In this document: piece after piece, positions 26,633 through 38,851 of the stretch
Layout of the letters: the number at the start of each line of letters is the position of its first letter
Position numbering within the stretch: the first letter of the stretch is position 1
NCBI GenBank assembly: GCA_037447605.1
Contig: CM074819.1
Location: 1 to 64,000, forward strand
Direction: 5' to 3'
DNA: 64,000 nucleotides
DNA from: Zygnema circumcarinatum SAG 698-1b
Lineage: Eukaryota; Plantae; Zygnematophyceae
Translations under genes and position numbers: made by a program
Notes under the pieces: generated by a model
Databases searched by the model: none
Told to the model about the DNA's origin: nothing
The model's input: only the letters and a program-made list of their open reading frames with translations

Positions 26633-26929
26633 ACCCGCGAACGATCTCATGGCGGACGGATCTTCTGCTCCGAGTGGATTCGGGCAGGCAGATATTTTTT
26701 TTCTCTGAAAATAAATGATAAGGAGTAAATCTGCCCGACAGAAAAAGGTCTCACGGCGCTCGGCCGCTCAGGACTAGTAGCGTGTATCGATTCCAAAAAG
26801 ATGTGAAAAAAAAAGTGAAAAAAAAAAGGTGTGAAAGGTGTGTTCCTTTTTTGTCTATTTTAAAATCTGCCCAGCGAAAAGAGGTCTGTGCGTAGACAAA
26901 AAAGGTGTGAGAATAGAATTTTCCTAATT

Positions 26930-28411
26930 GATTTGGAGCGCGACTGTACGGACGGCGCGCGACTATACGGACGACGCGGAAATGTTCGGACGCGGAGGTC
27001 TTTGGCGCAAAAGGCGGATCTGCACTAAGCGACATGATTGGTCGCGCCAGAGTGCAGATCGCGACGCAATCTCCTTGCGGGACATTTTGCATGATTAGGT
27101 ATGTACTTTCGAGGTACGGATTTTGGTCGGTGCTGAGGCACAGCGCGGCGGCGTCAGAAGTGACGTGGCGCGACGCGGCGGATTCGAAAGTGACAAGGCG
27201 CGCCGTCAGAATGTCGGCGCAGTGAATCTGGAGTGAGGAGGCGCTGCATCAGCAGTGTCTCATGTGGAGGACAGTGGCGAATTAGAAGGCGCCACGTGTC
27301 ACATTCCGGGTAAGGCCTGTAGGGCCTAGGTCGGTGGCGACCGAAGGCTTACGGGGTCCCACATGCAGCTGAGTTAGTGAGGAGTTTGATCGTACGGTGC
27401 AGGATGAGGATCAAGATGAGGCTGAGTTGGATCCGACGGGCTGAGGAGCTGGATCCGTGTAAGCCAAGGAGGATCCGACGGAGCACGATTAGGATCAGGA
27501 TAGGGCCCTTGCAAGGCGCTGCATGGGTGGCCATGACGTGACAGGGTCACGTGACAATGGCCGCCATGGTATATGAGGGAGCAAGCTTACTCACGCATAC
27601 TCACTCACTCTGAACGTTATGCTGCTCAACCTTCGTGTTAGGACGAGTAGGCAGAGGCTGAGGCCTTGAGGAGTCCGGCCTTGTGTAGGGGGTCGTGAAA
27701 GAACTGTCTCTCATCATGGTTAGCTCTAGTGAAAGAGTTAGAGATGTGTCCCTCTCGTGTTGAGGAAGAGGAGAAGTTCAAGCAAGCATATAGTGCTTAG
27801 CTACTGCAGTTGGGGTGTAACGGCTGAGATCTGACTCCTTCAGCCTGCGCGGAAAAACACTCGACCAGCACTCCGAGTTCAGCGAGAGAGAGCGAGAGAG
27901 AGAGAGAGGGCGCGTCCCAGAGGGTGGCGCAGCCCTGGGCAGGGGTGCAACCGAATGCCGGTACGTTGGTTGGGTGACGACAGNNNNNNNNNNGCATAAG
28001 GTTACATGTAGATTTCCTAAGAGAGCTTGTATTACACCTATGAATGTTAAGGAGTTTTAGGGCCGAGGGCTTTCTCCTTATACTTGTGTCATTTGTCACA
28101 TGTGAGTCCTTGTGTTGGATTGGAGTGATGAATGAGTGGAGGCGAACATTGTATGGGCGGTGTGTCGCATCACACGTGGAGACCATTGGAGGAGCGTGGA
28201 GTTGAGGAGCCGAGACCATGGAGGAGATGAAGAAGTGTTCTTGTAGGTGGCGCGTTTTGTTTTCCGCTGTGCGCACCTGGTGAGGGGAGGAAGAGAAGGC
28301 ATATCGTGGCGGAAGCGGTATGTGGCCGAAGTAGAAGTGGAAGAAGATTTGGAGTTGACTCAAGCATGTTTTATCCTTCCACTAGTCTCTCCCAGCTCCC
28401 TCACACCAACA
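26930..28411 (+). mobile_element. Copia LTR with family C R/U5 and an A/B-type U3, interrupted at 27816
   Basis: 27560-27815 and 27994-28411 align with 42850-43567; ends CACCAACA. 5' boundary not resolved. Confidence 0.7.
27816..27983 (-). mobile_element. 3' end of a gypsy LTR (family F-like)
   Basis: Reverse complement matches 62545-62706 (CTGTCGTCACCCAACCAAC, CT tract, ...GTTACA). Confidence 0.7.
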
Positions 28412-29252
28412 GACGGGACTGTTTGCTCAAGGGGTCGGCCACATTCAACCTGCGTGGCTGATAAACCCATTGACAATCAAATCTCTGAAGGAACTCGGAC
28501 CAACGCGCCTGTCGCCTAGACAGAGTCTGTTGTGAGGAGAGGAAGGTTAGCGGACGGTGGTCCGTGACGAGCGTGACCGCTGTCGCTCCCTCCAAATAGC
28601 AGCGCCATGTCCTCAAGGCCTGAACCACGGCGAGCAGCTCTTGCTCGGTCGCCGAGTAGTTACGTTTCGCTCGGTTCATTTTGCGACTTTTGTAAGCTAG
28701 CGGTTGGCCATCCTGGAAGAGGACAGCGCCCAGCGCAAACCCCAAAGCATCACAAACCACTTCATAGGGTTTGCTAGGATCTGCCAACACCAACGTAGGT
28801 GCGGTGATGAGGGCGTGCTTTACACCCTCAAAGGCCACCTGACACTCCACTGTCCAGGTGTAGCTGACTCCAGAACGCGTTTGCTCCGTAAGGGGAGTCA
28901 CCAGCTTATTAAAGCCCTGAATAAATTTTCGAAAATAATTTGCAAAATTAAGGAAGGACCGCAATTGATGCAAATCCTTAGGAACAGCCCAAGTATCAAC
29001 GGCCGCAATTTTGGCCGGATCTGGCTTGAGGCCATCCTCCCCAAGAATGTGCCCAAGATAGAGCAGTTCTCTCTGCATAATTTGACATTTCTTGCGCTTG
29101 GCATAAAATGTGTGTTTGCGTAAGACTGAAAAAACATTGCGGACGTGTAGTAAATGTTCCTTTTCTGTTTTACTAAAAACCAGAATGTCATCCAAGTAAA
29201 CCAGGACGTATTCATCCATGCTGTTGAACATCTCGTTCATCACAGCCTGGAA

Positions 29253-29765
29253 TGTAGCGAAAAGCTACAGTCACCCCAAGGGGAAGGATTACTTAAAGCC
29301 CGGCGTGGCCTTATGTTCCCATCCAATGCATCACCTAATGGTTAGGGCATCGGATACCCTATAGGACGATGGAGGTCCTAGGTTCGAACCGTAAGAACTG
29401 GTTCACGTGGGGCCACCACGCAGTCACGGTGGGCCCCACATCATCCCCCAACGTCCCCTCCTCAGCATAGCGGAGGGTCGGGGGCAACGGCACTACGGGA
29501 CCGATCCGGTCCTGCGATTGGATCTCGGGCCGCGGCCCGGATCCCCCTTTTGGAATCCGTCGGTCGTCCGTACTGTTACGGGTTACCGTTGGTACGGACG
29601 GGCTGACAGTCGGACCCCGCGCCGCACGCGTAGGATCCGACCGTGCACTGACGTACGGCGGCGCGCCGCGTCGCGGCGCGCGCTGCGGAATGCGGTGAGC
29701 GTTTGTACGTTGTACACCTCTGACCCATTCGGGTCAGAGAGGAACACGTGGCAGTCTGCCATTGG
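29253..29765 (+). mobile_element. Gypsy LTR family F (5' part) carrying a tRNA-like cassette
   Basis: Starts TGTAGCGAAAAGCTACAG; aligns with 61980-62475; interrupts the chromovirus J RT. Confidence 0.8.
29323..29401 (+). promoter_or_regulatory. tRNA-derived Pol III type-2 promoter-like cassette in LTR
   Basis: D-arm-like CACCTAATGGTTAGGGCA; variable loop/T-arm GGAGGTCCTAGGTTCGAACC (B-box at 29381-29390). Confidence 0.65.
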
Positions 29766-29775
29766 NNNNNNNNNN

Positions 29776-32700
29776 TCTCGAATCGGATTCCATAATGAAG
29801 CGTACCTTTGAGGTATCGAAAGATCCTCTTAACCGCTTCCCAATGTTGTACCCCCGGATTCTCCATGTACCGGCTGGCCGTACTCACGGCCTTGGCGAGA
29901 TCTGGGCGCGTTCCCACCATGAGGTACATCAGGCCGCCGATCGCAGACCTGTACGGAATCTTCTCCATCTCCTTTCTCCCCGCTGCCGTCCGCGGGCTCA
30001 TGTCCGCGCTGAGCTGCGTGCTCCCGTCCATGGGGGAGGAGCACGGGGTACACGTCTCCATTCTGAAGCGTGCTAGCACCTCCCTAGCGTACTTCTCCTG
30101 GCTTAGGAACATGCTGCTATCCTTTCCCCTCTTAAGCTGAATTCCTAAGAGGTACTCCGCAGGTCCAAGATCACTCATCTGAAAGCTCTTTCTCAGCAGG
30201 TCCTTGAGGCCCTGAATGCTCACCATTGAAGCGCTCACGATGATAAGGTCATCGACGTAGATGCCGACGAACATCTGAGCCGCTCCTTCTCCCGTCTTGT
30301 AGACCGAGTGGTCTGCTTGGAAGCGGGTGAAGCCATTCATCAAGAGCAGTTCGTGTATCTTTTGATACCAGATCCTTGGAGCTTGCTTGAGCCCGTAGAG
30401 GCTCTTCACAAGCCTGCAGCTCAGGTGCTCGGCTCCTGGTTCAACCGTCCCTTCCGGTTGCTTCATGTAGATGCTCTCCTCTAAATCCCCGTAGAGGAAG
30501 GCAGTCTTGATGTCCAGTTGATGGACATACATTCCTTCTTCAGCCGCAATGGAAATCAGAGATCGCAGGGAATTAAACTTGACGACTGGTGCGAACGTTT
30601 CCGAGTAATCTTTGCCAAATTTCTGCGCAAATCCCTTCGCCACTAGCCTCGCCTTATATCTGTCTACACTCCCGTCTGATTTCCTCTTGATTTTGAAGAC
30701 CCACTTACAGCCTATGGCCTTGCGGCCTGGAGGTAGCGGCTCCAGCCGCCACGTTCCGTTCTCCATGAGGCTGTCGAGTTCACTCTNNNNNNNNNNGCTG
30801 TCGAGTTCACTCTTGATGGCCACACTCCACTTGGCCGCATCTGCGCACTCCAATGCTTTGGAGTACGTTTGCGGCTCACCTTCGTGTGCCATGAGGCAGA
30901 TCGCCATTCCGGCAAAATCGGCGGAGTCAAGGGGGACTCTCTCTTCAGGCTCCTCACTCCTTGCCGTTGGCACTCTCGCTAGTCCTCCTCTCCCGTACCA
31001 AGCCGGTTGCCTTCTATCTCTAGATGGAGGCTTGATCCCGTAGTTCGGCGTGAACCCCTTTGCATTTGCATAAAAGGGTGGATCCATACCGTGTCGGGGA
31101 ATCCAGGTGCGTGGTGCCGGTGCTTCGTACGAGTCTTCCTCCGTGGACTCCTGAATGGAATCGTCGTCCTCGGGCTCTTCTCCTCCGTGCAGCTCCTCTC
31201 GAGATGTCGGGGAGGATCGATTTGGCGCCTCCGGGCGCCGAGGGGATTCTTCTTGCGTCTCCGCTGTCGGTGGGATCAAGGGGGCAGTTGTAGGGGGTGG
31301 AGTTGACTCACTCTCAATGATGTCACTTACTGGAAGGTACTCAATGTCGGGACGTGACTCCACACCTGTTCTCATCTGCTGCTCCCCCTTGGACTTCTCG
31401 TCGACTTGAAGGTCACGGCTAGACATGACCTTTTGTGTGGAGGGGTTCCACACCCTATATGTCAAGCTGTCGGCGTTGTAGCCGAGGAAGTAGCCGAACT
31501 CGCTTCTCGGGCTAAACTTTGTATCTAACTTGACCTTTGGAACCGCTATCCAGCACTTCGAGCCCCAGACTCTTAAGTGCTGAACTGTAGGCTTATTGCC
31601 ACTCCACATTTCCTCGGGTACTTTCTTCTCATCTTTCAGGGCACTGGAAGGACACCTGTTCCGGATGTAAGCTGCCGTGAGTATTGCTTCTTGTTAGTGT
31701 ATAGTAGTTAGTCACTAGACAAGTTGTTGTTGGGACATTAGTTTTGTGTGCGTGTGTTGTGTGTGTGGCCCTTGGCGGCAATGTGCGCCTAGACCGACGG
31801 GCGGTGGTACTGGACTTGGTCTATGGAGAGAGAGCGGGCGCATGAGTCGAATTAATTTGTGTTTGGAATACGCCACGATTCGAAATGTGACGCGGGCGGC
31901 GGACGATGCGACGCTGGTTTAATCAAGAGGGATGCGACGCCGCTAAATCGGCACAGCGAATTTAAAACCGACGCCACTTTCGGATTGGCTGATTTGACCT
32001 CCTGGCTGGCGGCGCCGTGATTGTCGGGCGCCATGCATTCAGAATTGTAATGAAAATAGCGCTGAATCGGTGTCGGTGGCGTGAGACTTCACGCCAGGAT
32101 TGACGCTGGCCATCTATATCTTGGAGGCAAGGGTCGCATCCTACCGCCGCAAGACGGATCGAATCCGAAGGCTGAGAGCTCCGGATCCAACGGAAGAAAA
32201 ATGCTGGATCCGTGAGTCTACGCAGGATCCCACCGCTACAGGATTAGATCGGATAAGGCCCTGCGTGCCGCTAGTCGGCGTTTGCGCGGCTTCTCAGGCA
32301 TGTTGTTGTCACGCGGTAGTGACATAGTATTTAAGGATTGTTTTGTTGCAGTAAACAATTCATTCAGGTCAAGCAGGCCTCTCGTTATGCCGTTTCACAG
32401 GTTACACTACACTTACCGCCGCAGTGTTGAGTCGTGAGATTGCCGAGCCGCCGGATTTGAGAGGGGGTCTCAATGTATGAGTGAATTCTCACTATTATGA
32501 GTTTTTAGAGCCGTGAGCTTTCTCCTATTCATTTCTCTCTCAAGTATTCCTACTGCGGCATTATTTGGTGGTCGCGGATTCACCTCAGTGAGTAAAATGG
32601 GCTATGAGTGAATGTGAGGGATTTGAAGATGTCACCGCCGACAGTCCCACCCGATGGAGGGGTGACCTGAATGGAGGAACGGATGGCAGTAGTGGAGGAG

Positions 32701-35700
32701 TCCCTGCACCAACAAGTGGTATCATAGCTCATGGAGACTCGGAGGACCACGTCAAGTTCAGCATTCCGGCCTTTGATGGGCAGGATTACAAGGCGTGGAG
32801 ATGGAGGTTGGTTCCCTTGCTTGTAGGCAAAGGGTTGCTTGTGTATGTTGATGGCAGCATCAAGGCGCCGGAGTTACCGGTTGGAGCCTCAGCGGAGCAG
32901 CAGTCGGAGCACGACATGGCGCTCCCACGATGGAAAGCCAAGGACAAAAAGGCCCTGACGAAGATTGTAATGAGAGTAAGAGGAAGTCCGTCCTCTATGC
33001 TTTATGATCTGAAGACCTCTCATGCCATGTGGAGATGCCTAGAGGACATGTATGATGTAAAAGACAATGCATTATCGCCGCCTTTACACGCAACAGTGCA
33101 AGATGTAGCGATGACTTCGCATGAGAAACTAGAAGCTTGCGCGGTCGCTTGATGCTCATGCAGGAGGTTCATAGCCCTTGGGAAACCCGGCCAGAAGTAC
33201 CATGCAAGATGCTTCGCTTCTGTGGGGGCTTTGACCAAGATTCGATGTGGCAGCAGCGCTTTGGAGTGACAGTCCTACTAATACCACTAATGACTCTTGA
33301 GCAAGTCAAGCGTAGGATAAAGGAGGAGGACTCCATTCAGGATGTCGGCAACCCTGAGGAGAAAGTGCTTGCGTTGCACACTCGACCAAATCGAAGAGGA
33401 GGCGCCCCAAGTCAGCCTCGAGGAGAACGCCTACGACACGGTTATGTACGTGTGTGGCAAGCAAGATCGGCCACTCACCCAGCTGGATTGCTTCCAAGAA
33501 CGTGAGGGGCAGCCAAGAGAAGGGAGTGAAACGCCACTTCATCCAAAGAAGAAGGAGAAGAAGGCGCTCAGCAGCACTTGCTTCGAAAATGCAAGAAGCA
33601 GCCACAGGAGTTCGGGACCGCAAGGTAGCGAGCTTGAGTGTTCGTTCCCTACGCTGGCGGAGAAATGTACTGAGAATGCGCTGTGGGAAGCTGATTCGTA
33701 GAGTATCCTGGGCTGCCGCGGGTCGATTGATTCCGCTTCTACGCTATATGTATGAGGACACATCGACATGTTCTCCAAGCCTCACTCACTCTGGAGAAGA
33801 CACGCCTACCCATTCGCAAAGAACCGTGAAGGGAGTCACCGCGGACGCAGAGGTGTGGGAGCCGTGAGTGCATGATACGGAGACGGCTCCGGTCATCAAT
33901 GAAGCGCAGCCACATACAAGAGAAGTTGTCAATTGGTGACTTTTTTCCTTCACCCCGAAGCAAAAGTAATTTCAGCGTCCCCTAGCCAAGTGTGTAAGAG
34001 CGATACAAAGTGTTCTCGCTTGGAGGAGAAGTCATGCGGCTATCCATACGTTAAACCGGGAGACACTGCTTAGGGGTTATGAGAGAGGAGGGTCAGGATA
34101 TCTTGATTATAAGAGGGAGAATTATGAGCANGCCANTGCNATCTCAGAGAATGCCGTANNTGTATGGCATAGAANACTNNGNNNCNTACANNATNNANNA
34201 NTNNNNNNGTTNNNNNNNNNNNNNTNNNNNNNNNNNNTAGACCCGGGTGTAGTGGAGAAGGAGCTTGGGTTGTGCCAGGAGTGTGTGGAGGGCAAGGCGC
34301 ACAGGAGACCATTCGTGAGGAGTGGAGACGAGTCCTATCGAGCGAAGTTGAATTGGTACATTCTCGACTTGTGTGGCCCGGGGCTACACCTGGGCCACCA
34401 ATCCAAGGAGCACGCATTTTCGCCACGCTCCTCGACGCATTACTGAGGAAGATTTTGGATTACGCCCTCAAGAACAAGTCGCAGGCTTTCGGTGCCTTTC
34501 GAGATTGGTCAAATCCGCGAGACAGAATCGTGACAGGTTTAAGGCTTTGGCGCCGCATTAAATGGCGCATCTAAATCAAGGAGTTCGCGTGAAATCAAGA
34601 ACCGCGTATAAGGCATGAATTCTCTCTCGGCCCTCGTATAATGGAGAGCAGCCGAAATGAGGAATTCGACATTGGGGAAGGCTGGCTCCACCATGTTGAT
34701 CGATTCCCCTTCAGCCTTAGAGAAGCTGTTTCATCAAGCAAGCAAGCATTAAACAGATGTCCGCTCTTCGGTTCAAAGACCGTGTCCCCTCGAAAGCGTA
34801 TGGTGGAGCGGGAGGAAGCCTACGCTTCCCCACCAGGACCTTTGGCTGGGCTGGAGCGTTGGGCTGTACCTACTTCAAGGCGCTATTGTGGTTAGGTTAT
34901 TAGTTTGACTCGAGCGTGTGGAGGGTTATGTTCTCGGCTATAACACCAACAGCCGCACGTATAGGGTGTGGAACCCTCGACTGCAGGAGGTTCTGAGCAC
35001 GAGGGACATTACAGTTGATGAGGGAAGTGCTGTTGAACGTGTTGCAGACTCTCTGATCTTTCCTCCAGCGAAAGCAGATTTTGAGATCGTGTATGAGGAG
35101 GGAGAGACGAGTGGAGAGCCGCGGATGTCACCGCGGCAGATGCCAGCACATCAGCTGCAGTGAAGGAGCCGCAGCCAGCCGCCAAGGCTGCTTGCAGCCC
35201 GCCGATGTTGGAGAGTCGCCAGAGAGGCGCATGCGAGGAGCCGCACCGGACGGAGACGGCTCCCGTGCTGCACACCGCCTGAGTGAGGAAGAGAGAACTC
35301 CGCGGAGACGGTGCCGCCGCACACGCTAAAGAGTTAGAGGACCCGGCTGCCGAGAGAGGCTATGTTAGCTAACATGCTCCAAGTTTGTACTCCTGACTCT
35401 TACTTCTATCCGGAGGATGAAGCGAAGGAGACTTAAGAGCAGCTGGGACAGAGGCGACCAGGACGGCATCAGCCCGAGAACAACCTCATCCACAAAAGAG
35501 TGCCTTCTCGTGATTCACCACTGCGGAGTTGCCCATTGCTTTATGATCACTAAATCACTGCATCTTTGAGGAAGGCTAATACCCATCGAGTCGTGATGCA
35601 TGCATAAATGGCGGTGGCGATCGATACCGAAGTGGACAGCTTGATGTAGAACGGCATCGTGGAGGTTGGAGGAGTTGCCTCAAGGGAGGCAAGCTATTGG

Positions 35701-38700
35701 CTGCAAATGGGTCTTCAAAGTCAAGAGGAAGGCAGACGGAAGCGTGGACAGATACAAGGCGCGGCTAGTGGCGAAGGGATACGCCCAGAAGTATGGAGTT
35801 GACTACGTGGAGACTTTCGCTCCAGTGGTAAAGTTCAACTCCTTAAGAGCCTTGATTTCCATCGCAGCGGCTGAAGGAATGCATGTCCATCAGCTGGACA
35901 TCAAGACGGCATTCCTGTACGGAGATCTAACGTAAGATATCTATATGGAGCAGCCCGAGGGGAAGGTGGTCCCAGGAAAGGAACACCTAGTCTGTCGATT
36001 AGTGAAGAGCCTATATGGTTCGGGGGGTGCGCCCGTAGAAAGTGTGGTACGAGAAGATAGATGATCTTCTGAGGAGGAATGGTTTCGACCGATTCGAAAC
36101 AGATCATTCCGTGTACCGTCAAGGAGAGGGGGCGGACATCATGTTCGTCGGGATCTACGTTGATGATCTCATAATGGTGAGCCTCTCGCTTGAAAGAATC
36201 AGTTCCTTGAAAGAGTTGCTTCAAGCAAATTTCAAGATGTCAGATTTGGGTGAGGCGCAGTATCTGCTTGGGATGCAGCTGAAGAGGGGGCAAGATGGCA
36301 GCTTATTCTTGTGTCAGAAGAAGTATGCATCAGATGTTCTTGCCCGGTTCCACATGGAAGATTCTAGGCCGTGCTCCAGCCCGATGGAGATAGGCGCTAG
36401 ATTGTCGAAGGAGATGTCACCTCGAAAGCGCCAGGCACGTGGCGATGTTCGTGTGCCTTACAACCGGCACTAGAGTCCGATGTACTGGCGATTGAACGGC
36501 CCCGATCCGCGAAAGAGCTCGGGCCAGCTTCATTCATGGAGAATCCGGCCCTCGGCAGTACTGGGAGGCCGTGGAAAAGGATATTCGAGCATGTGAGAGG
36601 GACGCTTTTGATGGGGATCAGGTATGAGAGGGGCCAAATCCGCAGTGATTGGCTATACATCGATTGGGGCGTGTGCATGTAGATACATCACTGACTGCTC
36701 TCATTTACCCCAGAGTGGAGGTGGAGCGCATTTCGCGGAGCTCCGCGCTGCGTGACTCCGTGAAGTATCGAAAGTACGTAGGGCGAAAGTACATGGGTGC
36801 TTGTCATGCTGCAAAGGAGGGCGTATGGTTCCAGCAATTCTTTGATGAATGCAAGAGAGAACAACGACAGATTACCTTGTTCACCCATAATCAATCATCG
36901 GCTGCCCCGGGTGGGAAAACCGGTGTTTCCTTCACGTTTTACCTCAAGCACATCGAAAGTGCGCACTACTATGTACCTGGAGTTGGTCGCAGGAAAGTGG
37001 TTTGATCGATGTGAAGTTCGTAGGTACGAAGGAGCAAGCCGCCGATATGCTGACGAAAGGAGTTAGCGGAGAAACCCTGCTGGTGAATGGCAGGTTGGTT
37101 GGGCTGGGGCCCATGCAAAACTAAAGTCCCAAAGAGGGGGATTGTTAGTGTATAGTAGTTAGTCACTAGACAAGTTGTTGTCGGGACATTAGTTTTGTGT
37201 GCGCAGTTGTGTGTGTGGCCCCTTACATGTGCTTAGACCGACGGGCGCGCACGTATTTTGGTCGGAGGAGAGGGCGCTGGGCGCTGAGTCAATTGACGCA
37301 GGCTAAACGCACGCATTCGGAATGACGTGCGGCGCCGGACGCTGAGCGTAATCGAAGATGTGACGCGACAAACTGCGCCAGCTGGTAATCGAACCGGACA
37401 CGCGCGCGGGCGCCGCCTTGATCGGCCGACGGACTTGGCGCCGGGTGGCGCTGCATTGTCGCGGCGCCGCCATTCACTACTGTAATGGACAAGGCCGAAT
37501 TTGCCGGTGGCGTGAGACGGCGCGAGGATTGACGCGTCATCTATCTTGGAGGCAAGGTCAGATCCTACGGCGCAAGACGTGGATTGGATGGAAGGCTGAG
37601 TCGGATCCGACGGAAGCAAAATGCTGGATCCGTGTGAGTCTACGAGGATCCGACGGCGCAGAATTAGGATCGGGATAGGGCCCTTGCAAGCTGCTAGTCG
37701 ATGTTGTGAAGCTTCAGAGCACGTTGTTGTCACGGTGTAGTGGACATAGTATTTAAGGATTGTTTCTTTGTTGTAGCAAACAATCTGGCCCCAGCCGCTA
37801 GAAGTCTCATGTCGTCACTGTTGGGCACACTACACCCTACTCATGCCGCGGGTGCGGAGTGTAGTGAGCTGTGAGATTGCTGAGCCGCCGATTTGAGAGG
37901 GGGTCTCTCAAATGTACAGTGAATTCACTATTAAGGAGTTTTGTGTCGTGAGCTTTCTCCTATTCATTTCCTCTCTCATATTCCGCCAGGCATTATTTAT
38001 CGCGGATTCACCTCAAGTGAGTAAAATGGGCTATGAGTGAATGTGAGGGATTTGAAGATGTCATCGCCGCATCGAACGCCAACTCCGGCGGAGGGTGACC
38101 AATGGAGGAACTGACGCTAGGCAAGGGAGGAGTCCTCCACCAACACTTCCCCAAAAATCGAGGTGGTGAAGGGGATCACCGCCATGGCTCTTGCCATGTC
38201 ATCGGTGGGTTCTAAGCCACCCTCTCGCCCGCCGCTGCTTTGCGGTCAGAGAGCTGTGAACTCCCGTGTCGAATCCCGGAGTGACTTGAGGTGAGCAGAG
38301 AATTTGAGGGACCTGTATTCACCTCCATTGTCCGTTCGGATCCTCTGCACCTTCTCTCCGGTCTGCCTTTCTACCTCTAACTGCCAGGTCCGAAAGGTCT
38401 CAAACGCCTCACTTTTAAACTTCAGCAGTACTACCCATATCTTCCTGGAATAATCATCAAGGAAGGTGATGAAATACCTTGAACCGCCCTTTGACTCGGG
38501 AGTGATCGGTCCGCATAGATCGCTGTGGACCAACTCCAGCAGCTTGGACGCGCGATGCTTCTCCGCTCCAAAGCTCTTGAAAGGGTGCCGGTGTATCTTG
38601 CCCGCCGCGCAGTCGGGGCAGACAGCTTCTGGTGTCGAGATCTTCGTCGAGGGGAGTCCCCGGACCAGGCTCTGTGTCGCNNNNNNNNNNGGTTCGTCAC

Positions 38701-38851
38701 GTCACGGTACCATGATTTAACCTCGGACTTTTCGCGTCCGCGCCCGCGCGACCATCCTTGTCGCTTGGCGTCCGCGCCTAAGTCCCAGGTCCTTCATGTC
38801 CTAGAGAGTCTATGTCCCAAACAGTTGTACGGCCTCTAGCGCTGTACAACA
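29776..38851 (-). mobile_element. Ty1/copia element D (pol 29776-31691 and 38146-38680; probable 5' LTR tip 38691-38851), host of A3
   Basis: Long open RT with YKARLVAKG, SLYGLKQAPR, YVDD; IN HSDLCGP..RTDNGGEY; FWG|EAILTAAYIRNRCP rejoins across the A3 insertion. LTR assignment is inferred across a gap. Confidence 0.85.
31692..38145 (+). mobile_element. Full-length Ty1/copia element A3 (LTRs 31692-32714 and 37143-38145)
   Basis: PBS AGTGGTATCATAGC at 32715; PPT AAAGAGGGGG at 37131; TSD CTTCT / CTTCC (4/5); gag, IN, RT (35666-36473) and RNase H fragments. Confidence 0.9.

Larger units (their letters stand above)
21922..29252 (-). mobile_element. Chromovirus J copy 1, in pieces: 3' LTR ~21922-22385, chromodomain end 22386-22636, IN-chromo 24641-26015, RT-RNase H 28412-29252
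   Basis: YLDD and CDA motifs (28401-29243); IN HHCC and HPQTDGQTE (25098-26015); chromodomain YEVE..EYLVKWLGY..STW split by an insertion with TSD CAAGT. Left LTR end approximate. Confidence 0.8.
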
